NCBI GenBank assembly: GCA_029210775.1
Contig: JARGGI010000002.1
Span: 12,478-76,477, forward strand
Length of the DNA stretch: 64,000 bases
Origin: Patescibacteria group bacterium
Lineage (GTDB): Bacteria > Patescibacteriota > Minisyncoccia > JAHIHE01 > JAGLIN01
Reading direction: 5' to 3'
Part shown: piece by piece, positions 58,299 through 64,000 of the stretch
Layout: the number at the start of each line of letters is the position of its first letter
Numbering within the stretch: the first letter of the stretch is position 1
Translations under genes and position numbers: made by a program
Notes under the pieces: generated by a model
What the model saw: only the letters and a program-made list of their open reading frames with translations
Database searches by the model: none
What the model was told of the DNA's origin: nothing

Positions 58299-58616
58299 TC
58301 AATCATCTATCTCCGCAGAAGCTTTCCCAAATTTTACTTTTATTTCTTTAATATTCTTTTTAGGAAACACGGGATCTCTTTCATAACATAATTTATTCAA
58401 TTCTACTTTTTCCGCATCAGACAATCTTCTTAACAATTTTTTATTCGAAAGATCTGCAATAATACGCAGTTCTTCTTTAGTTCTTTTTGGAAAGTCGCTT
58501 TTATGTTGTTTCTTTAGAAATTTTCTTATATCCATATAATATTGATAAATTATATCGTCACTATTATAGCTCTTATAATAAAAATGCAAATACACTAAAT
58601 AATCCAATCGGGACAT
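58299..58616 (-). CDS. Hypothetical protein (true start possibly at MDIRK)
   Basis: ORF in the co-directional gene run. Confidence 0.5.
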   Translation of the reverse strand: MSRLDYLVYLHFYYKSYNSDDIIYQYYMDIRKFLKKQHKSDFPKRTKEELRIIADLSNKKLLRRLSDAEKVELNKLCYERDPVFPKKNIKEIKVKFGKASAEIDD

Positions 58617-58630
58617 AATGAATTATCTAT

Positions 58631-59092
58631 TTAAATTACCTCGTCAAGATAATAATCAATAATTTCATTTGATTCATTAAAAAAGAATTTTCCTTTGAAT
58701 TTTTTCCCACTTAAAAACATCGGCAACCAATATTTATCATCCGGCCACATTTCGTTATATGGAATTTCATCTATATGAAACCATTTTGGTCGCATCTCTT
58801 CGCTTTCTATCGGACTGCCTGTAAATTCTTTTGCACAGAATATATGCACTTCCATATTTCCTGAACCGTCTTGATATATAAATTCAAGAACACCCAATTT
58901 GTTTATTTTCTCAACCTCGATTCCCGACTCTTCTCTCATTTCTCTTCTTGTCGCCTCTTCAATTGTTTCCCCCTCTTCAACCTTTCCACCAAACCCATTC
59001 CACTTCCCTTCTCCATGCCCGCGCTTTTTCATCCCAAGTAAAATTTGGGGATGTTGATGAATGATGCAAAGGGTAAGGATCTTTTTATTCAT
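58631..59092 (-). CDS. NUDIX hydrolase, MTH1/8-oxo-dGTPase-like
   Basis: LLGMKKRGHGEGKWNGFGGKVEEGETIEEATRREMREESG and MWPDD motifs. Confidence 0.92.
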   Translation of the reverse strand: MNKKILTLCIIHQHPQILLGMKKRGHGEGKWNGFGGKVEEGETIEEATRREMREESGIEVEKINKLGVLEFIYQDGSGNMEVHIFCAKEFTGSPIESEEMRPKWFHIDEIPYNEMWPDDKYWLPMFLSGKKFKGKFFFNESNEIIDYYLDEVI

Positions 59093-59105
59093 GTTTTCCT
59101 TTAAC

Positions 59106-59440
59106 TCAAATTAAATTCCACCAATTCCTTTTTTGATTTTTCTCGTTTATTTCAAATCCCGTCAAGAATTCAATTTTCTCTTTATAATTTATATCATCAA
59201 AATAAGAAAGGGCTTCACGGAATATTCTCTCGTTAAATTCTTCTTTAAAAATCTCCTTACCTCTCTTAGTTATTTTTTCTATGTAATAGTGCTCATTGAT
59301 GACAAAATATAAATCCACATAATCTTTCCATTTTGCTCTTCGTCCCAACGCATAGGCCTTCATTGCCGATAGAGTTAATAGATCGGGCATTTTTAACACA
59401 TCTTCACAAGTTATTTTTCAGTTAATATTTCTTTATGCAT
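59106..59440 (-). pseudogene. AbiEii-like nucleotidyltransferase toxin, internally deleted
   Basis: MHKEILTEK* start overlaps the antitoxin stop, then jumps to C-terminal AMKAYALGRRAKWKDYVDLY; no GGTA-type N-terminal NTase motif remains. Confidence 0.75.
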
Positions 59441-59696
59441 ATTTATTAAAATAGAGAGTAAAATAATGTTTTGTTTTTATATCATAATTCTGCCGTCCTA
59501 TCTTGGATGGTTTTGATTTAGCACGGAAAATCTTCGCCACTTTTTTGACACCCATAATTTTAATCAGCGCTTGCACATCATTCCAATCACCATAATTCAA
59601 AGTTGCCTCCACGATGAATTCAGGATCTAAGCTATCATAATCTTTCACCCACCAGATTAAATGTTTTCTTTTTTTGATAAAGTCGTGAATGGTCAT
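59433..59696 (-). CDS. Putative antitoxin partner (DUF6922-like)
   Basis: LIWWV..LDPEFIVEATLNYGDWNDV motif; directly upstream of the NTase remnant. Confidence 0.7.
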   Translation of the reverse strand: MTIHDFIKKRKHLIWWVKDYDSLDPEFIVEATLNYGDWNDVQALIKIMGVKKVAKIFRAKSKPSKIGRQNYDIKTKHYFTLYFNKYA

Positions 59697-59813
59697 ATTT
59701 TTTTGTTATCCTTAATCTTTCGGACTGAATTCCTCACTGCAATACTTCAAGTTTAAAATATTACAGGTTGAAACCTGAACTCCAAAAAAATTTGAATTGT
59801 ACAATGATTATCA

Positions 59814-60245
59814 TTATACACTATCCCAATCTTCCATATTTTCAACTTGTTTTAATATATTATCTTTTGAAAAATAAAATGATGATTTCTCCATCAATTC
59901 AGCTTTTCTTAGTTTTTCATCTTCGCTAAGTTCTATAATTCCTTCTCCTGAATGAAATTCTTTTTCTCTAATTTCTTTAAGCTCTATTTCTTCTGCAAAA
60001 GTACGAATTGTTGGATCCTCGTTTTCGTTTGTTTTTTTTGATAAATTTTTAAGTTCATCTATTTCTTCTTTTGAAATAATCTGATTTAATTTTTGTAAAT
60101 CCCCAAAACCTAATTTACCCTTTTCTCTTTTTATTCTTTCTTTTTCGTTATCATACTCTGAATATTTTCTATACAATTCTTCCCATCTTTTCTGTTCAGA
60201 ATTAGTTCTTTTTTGTTCTTGTAAGTTGGACATTTCATAATTCAT
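59814..60245 (-). CDS. Hypothetical charged helical protein
   Basis: 143-aa E/K-rich ORF. Confidence 0.6.
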   Translation of the reverse strand: MNYEMSNLQEQKRTNSEQKRWEELYRKYSEYDNEKERIKREKGKLGFGDLQKLNQIISKEEIDELKNLSKKTNENEDPTIRTFAEEIELKEIREKEFHSGEGIIELSEDEKLRKAELMEKSSFYFSKDNILKQVENMEDWDSV

Positions 60246-60379
60246 ATTTTTTATTCCTTTCTTTTTTAAAAATAAATAAAATTATTTAATATCAATCTAA
60301 AACATAAGAATTTGTACCACCAAAACACTATACTCTAAAGAGTAAACTTCAGAAATTTATAACTTAAGAGTCTAAAAAA

Positions 60380-62794
60380 TTATTTCTTCTTCCCCTTTTT
60401 CCCCTTTTTTCCTAAATAAATCATTGTCTTCAAAACCGTGTCAGGCGTCAAAGAAATGCTATCAATTCCTTCATTGACCACAAATTCTGCAAAATCTGGG
60501 AAGTCTGAAGGTGCTTGTCCACAGATACCAACTTTTCTTTTTCTCTTGTGAGCTCCTTTAATGAGTTGTCTGATGAGAATTTTTACCGCTTCATTCTTTT
60601 CATTGGCAATATGAGAAATTGCTCCGCCATTGTCACGGTCAATTCCCAAAGTAAGTTGAGTTAGATCATTACTTCCGATTGAAAATCCATCAAAAATCTT
60701 TGCAAATTCATCAACAAGAATTATATTTGCCGGAATTTCGGCCATGACATAAACACGAAGACCATTTTTACCTCTTTCAAGTCCTGCTTCTTTCATTACC
60801 GCAAGAACCTTTTTACCTTCTTCTATAGTCCTACAAAACGGGATCATCACAATCACATTCGTTAACCCAAACTCTTCGCGGACTTTTTTAATCGCTTCAC
60901 ATTCAAGCTTAAAAGCTTCTTTATATTTTGGATCATAATATCTTGAAGCGCCGCGCCAGCCAATCATCGGATTCTGTTCTTGCGGTTCAAAATATGTTCC
61001 TCCGATTAAGTTTGCATATTCATTTGTTTTAAAGTCAGAAAATCTGACAATAACATCTTTGGGATAAAAAGCCGCTCCCAATTTTCCGATTCCTTGCGCC
61101 AGTTTGTCAACAAAAAATTCAGTTTTACTCTTATAGCCATTTGTTATTTGATGTATTTTACTTACTGTTTGTCTATCTAATCTGACTCCTTTTATTTTTC
61201 CATCAAGTGCCATTAACGCAAGTGGATGAGCTTTAATGGTGTTGTTAATAATAAACTCTTCTCGTGCCAAACCAACGCCATCATTGGGTATAAAAGACTG
61301 TGTAAACGCTTGATCAGGCTCTGCAAGATTCATCATAACCTTGACTTTTGGTTTTTTTAATCCTTTTAAATTTGTCTTTTTAATCTCAAAATTTAAAAGA
61401 CCATCATAAATATATCCTTCTTCTCCTTCAGCACAACTTACTGTCACATCTTTTCCAGATTTCAAAATGTCTGTACAAATTCTTGTTCCAACAACACATG
61501 GAATTCCAAGTTCTCGAGAAACAATTGCAGCATGACATGTTCTTCCTCCAGAATTCGTCACAATTGCTGAAGCAATTTTCATAATAGGTTCCCAATCTGG
61601 ATCAGTCATTTCTGTAACCAAAACTTCTCCTTTTTTAAAATCCTCAATATTGCTTACATCTTTTATTACATGAACTTTTCCTTTTCCAATTTTATATCCA
61701 ACACTTGCACCAGAACAAAGAATTCTACTTTTTTTACCCATTATATATTCCTCAAGAACATTCGCATCACGAACACTTTGAGCGGTTTCAGGACGAGCTT
61801 GTACAATAAACAATTTTCCAGTTACACCGTCTTTAGCCCATTCCATATCCATTGGTCTTTTGTAATGATCTTCAATTATCGTAGCCCACTCGGCCAACTT
61901 AAGAACTTCTTCTTCTTTTATACAAAACTTCTTCCGATCTTCTATCGGAACTGAAACATTTTTTGTAGACGATTTCCCTTCAGTACTATAAACAAGCTTT
62001 AATGCTTTTGAGCCGAGATTTTTTTCAATGATAGGTTTAAATCCCTTTTTAAGCGTTGGCTGAAAGACATAAAATTCATCAGGTGTAACTTTTCCCTGAA
62101 CAATATTTTCACCAAGCCCATAAGCAGCGTTTATCAAAACCGCATCACGAAATCCAGACTCTGTGTCAATTGAAAACATAACTCCGCTTATTGCTTTGTC
62201 AGAGCGAACCATCTTTTGAACTCCTACTGAAAGTGCAATTGTGAAATGATCAAAGCCCTTGTCTTCACGATATGAAATCGCACGATTTGTGAAAAGTGAA
62301 GCAATGCACTGTTTTGTAGCATATAAAACATTGTGAATTCCTTTTATATTCAAATATGTATCCTGCTGACCCGCAAATGAAGCATCAGGTAAATCTTCTG
62401 CCGTAGCACTACTTCGAACCGCTGTATCAACATTTTTTCCGTATTGTCTTTCCATTTCTGCATAAGCTTTCGTGATTTCTTCATTTAAGTCTTCTGGGAG
62501 CGATGCTGCCATAATCGCATGTCTGACTTTTTCCCCTCTTTCAGAAAGATTTCTCATATTATGCGTATCAAGATCGCTTAAAATTTCTTTTATCTCAGTC
62601 ATTAAACCTGAGTCTTTCATAAAATGTCTGTAAGCATGCGCCGTCAAAGCAAACCCATTCGGAATGCTCACTTTTTTCTTGGTTAATTTTTGATACATTT
62701 CACCTAAAGATGCATTTTTGCCTCCCACAAGACCAACATCAGTATTCGTTACTTCGTTATACCACAAAATATATTTTTCTTTTCTATTTTTCAT
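60380..62794 (-). CDS. ppsA: Phosphoenolpyruvate synthase
   Basis: VGGKNASLGEM, AVRSSATAED, GGRTCHAAIVSRE and SIGSNDLTQ motifs. Confidence 0.97.
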   Translation of the reverse strand: MKNRKEKYILWYNEVTNTDVGLVGGKNASLGEMYQKLTKKKVSIPNGFALTAHAYRHFMKDSGLMTEIKEILSDLDTHNMRNLSERGEKVRHAIMAASLPEDLNEEITKAYAEMERQYGKNVDTAVRSSATAEDLPDASFAGQQDTYLNIKGIHNVLYATKQCIASLFTNRAISYREDKGFDHFTIALSVGVQKMVRSDKAISGVMFSIDTESGFRDAVLINAAYGLGENIVQGKVTPDEFYVFQPTLKKGFKPIIEKNLGSKALKLVYSTEGKSSTKNVSVPIEDRKKFCIKEEEVLKLAEWATIIEDHYKRPMDMEWAKDGVTGKLFIVQARPETAQSVRDANVLEEYIMGKKSRILCSGASVGYKIGKGKVHVIKDVSNIEDFKKGEVLVTEMTDPDWEPIMKIASAIVTNSGGRTCHAAIVSRELGIPCVVGTRICTDILKSGKDVTVSCAEGEEGYIYDGLLNFEIKKTNLKGLKKPKVKVMMNLAEPDQAFTQSFIPNDGVGLAREEFIINNTIKAHPLALMALDGKIKGVRLDRQTVSKIHQITNGYKSKTEFFVDKLAQGIGKLGAAFYPKDVIVRFSDFKTNEYANLIGGTYFEPQEQNPMIGWRGASRYYDPKYKEAFKLECEAIKKVREEFGLTNVIVMIPFCRTIEEGKKVLAVMKEAGLERGKNGLRVYVMAEIPANIILVDEFAKIFDGFSIGSNDLTQLTLGIDRDNGGAISHIANEKNEAVKILIRQLIKGAHKRKRKVGICGQAPSDFPDFAEFVVNEGIDSISLTPDTVLKTMIYLGKKGKKGKKK

Positions 62795-63124
62795 TTTTTT
62801 TGTTAGTGTTTTAAATTATTTATAGGTCTAGTATAGCATAAATTTAGTTAGTTGAAAAGAGCTCTTTAAGAATAAAATTTTATATCTTTCACATATCGAC
62901 AAATTTTAAAATGTCTGTTCTTCTTTCTTTTGTTTTTTTATAAAACAAAAAAAATACGAAGAGAGAAAAATAAAAGATCCAAAATGGTACTTAAATTACA
63001 ATTTTAACAAAAATAAAATGGTAGTCATGAGGCCCTAAATAAACCACAAGTCGAACAAAACGAAGAAAAAAAGCAGAAATAACCCTCAACACCATTTTTC
63101 GTTTTTTCATTCATACATCATCAT

Positions 63125-63280
63125 TTTGAATTACGAAATTTAACATACTTGTCGCCCTGAGTCGCTCATCTTGTCACCCTAAACTTGTTGAAGGGTTGAA
63201 GTCTTAAGAAATATTACTAATCAATATGAATTTACTTAGACAAGCTCACTATGACAAATTTAGCTATTTCGTGATTCAAA
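63125..63280. mobile_element. MITE-like composite repeat, copy 2 (inverted relative to 23737-23856)
   Basis: tttgaattacgaaat...gtcaccctaaacttgttgaagggt...gacaagctcactatgacaaatttagctatttcgtgattcaaa. Confidence 0.75.
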
Positions 63281-63296
63281 AGAGAATAGTATTGAA

Positions 63297-63327
63297 GGTG
63301 GCGGGCATCTCACAGGTGTCCGTCACC
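63297..63327. terminator. GC-rich hairpin downstream of the ABC-F gene
   Basis: ggtggcgggcatctcacaggtgtccgtcacc. Confidence 0.5.
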
Positions 63328-63336
63328 AGTGTATGA

Positions 63337-64000
63337 TTATTTTCTCTCTTCATAATCCTCATAATTTCCTAGATACGCCTTCACTTCGTTGTTTTTGATT
63401 TCCCAGATTATATTACATACTTCTGTCAAAACTGAACGGTCGTGAGAGACGATGATAATTGGTCCACCAAAACCTTTTAGGACTTCATTGATAGCATCTT
63501 TACTTTGAATATCAAGATGGTTTGTTGGTTCGTCGAGAACTAATATATTCGCTTCGCTCAAGATCAATTCAGCTAAAGCCACCCTTGCTCTTTCACCTCC
63601 ACTTAAAGAGAATATTTTTTTAAAGACGTCTTCGCCGGAAAAAAGCAACGCTCCTAAAACAGTTCTTATTTTTTCTTGTCCTTCTTTAACCTTTGATTCT
63701 ACTTCTTCTAAAATATTTTTATGAGGATCAAGTTCTTCATGAGCTTGAGCGTAATAGCCAATTTTAACTCCAGTGGAAAATTTGATTTTTCCTTCAATAG
63801 ATTTATCTTTACCAATTAAAGTCTTGAGAAAAGTTGATTTTCCCGCTCCATTTGGTCCGATGATGCCGATTTTATTTTCTTTTTCAACCACCCACTTCCC
63901 CTCAAAAACTGCCAGCGGAAAATTTTCTCCGCCCACAAAAAGATTTTCAATTTCCAAAACTTTTTGCGGTAATCTTTTGGAAATATTAAATTTAATTTTT
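63337..64000 (-). CDS. ABC-F family ATPase (C-terminal part; runs off window end)
   Basis: GPNGAGKST, LSGGERAR, LDEPTNHLD, SHDR and GNYEDY motifs. Confidence 0.92.
   Translation of the reverse strand, partial: KIKFNISKRLPQKVLEIENLFVGGENFPLAVFEGKWVVEKENKIGIIGPNGAGKSTFLKTLIGKDKSIEGKIKFSTGVKIGYYAQAHEELDPHKNILEEVESKVKEGQEKIRTVLGALLFSGEDVFKKIFSLSGGERARVALAELILSEANILVLDEPTNHLDIQSKDAINEVLKGFGGPIIIVSHDRSVLTEVCNIIWEIKNNEVKAYLGNYEDYEERK

Noticed and set aside
1072-61954. Many short ORFs overlapping long genes (e.g. 1072-1371, 16375-16713, 25951-26433, 46867-47295)
   Set aside because: Antisense or alternate-frame shadows of well-supported genes with no recognisable motifs.

Overview
A low-GC window with most genes on the minus strand. 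Gene content and repeat landscape point to a Patescibacteria/CPR (Parcubacteria-like) bacterium; this is an inference. Housekeeping genes include mraY, a cyclophilin, a membrane-anchored Clp-family ATPase, ridA, elp3, rmuC, a GldA/F/G-like ABC transporter, mscL, dnaX, efp, dusB, a P-type ATPase, an HtrA-like protease, rarA, ppsA, a partial ABC-F, tRNA-Gln(UUG) and tRNA-Ser(GGA). The best candidate for an undescribed system is the surface-protein cluster at 45678-53541. It encodes two paralogous secreted beta-rich subunits, a membrane-anchored chaperone/WxLIP-like protein, a dockerin protein and two membrane-anchored cohesin proteins. The putative major subunit and the dockerin protein share the same short mature N-terminal strand (DSSSTSVTIT / DSSATSVTII), which suggests a donor-strand-polymerised filament tethered through dockerin-cohesin binding. 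Other highlights: a GIY-YIG gene between an intact tRNA-Ser and a hairpin-interrupted copy of it; elp3 carrying several in-frame palindromic-repeat insertions; a RAYT-like transposase with a perfect 28-bp inverted repeat inside its own ORF; two MITE types; a deleted ISL3 with an 8-bp TSD; and a protein with an archaeal PGF-CTERM-like tail. No CRISPR array, rRNA or reverse transcriptase was seen. All family calls come from motif recognition by eye, with no database searches.
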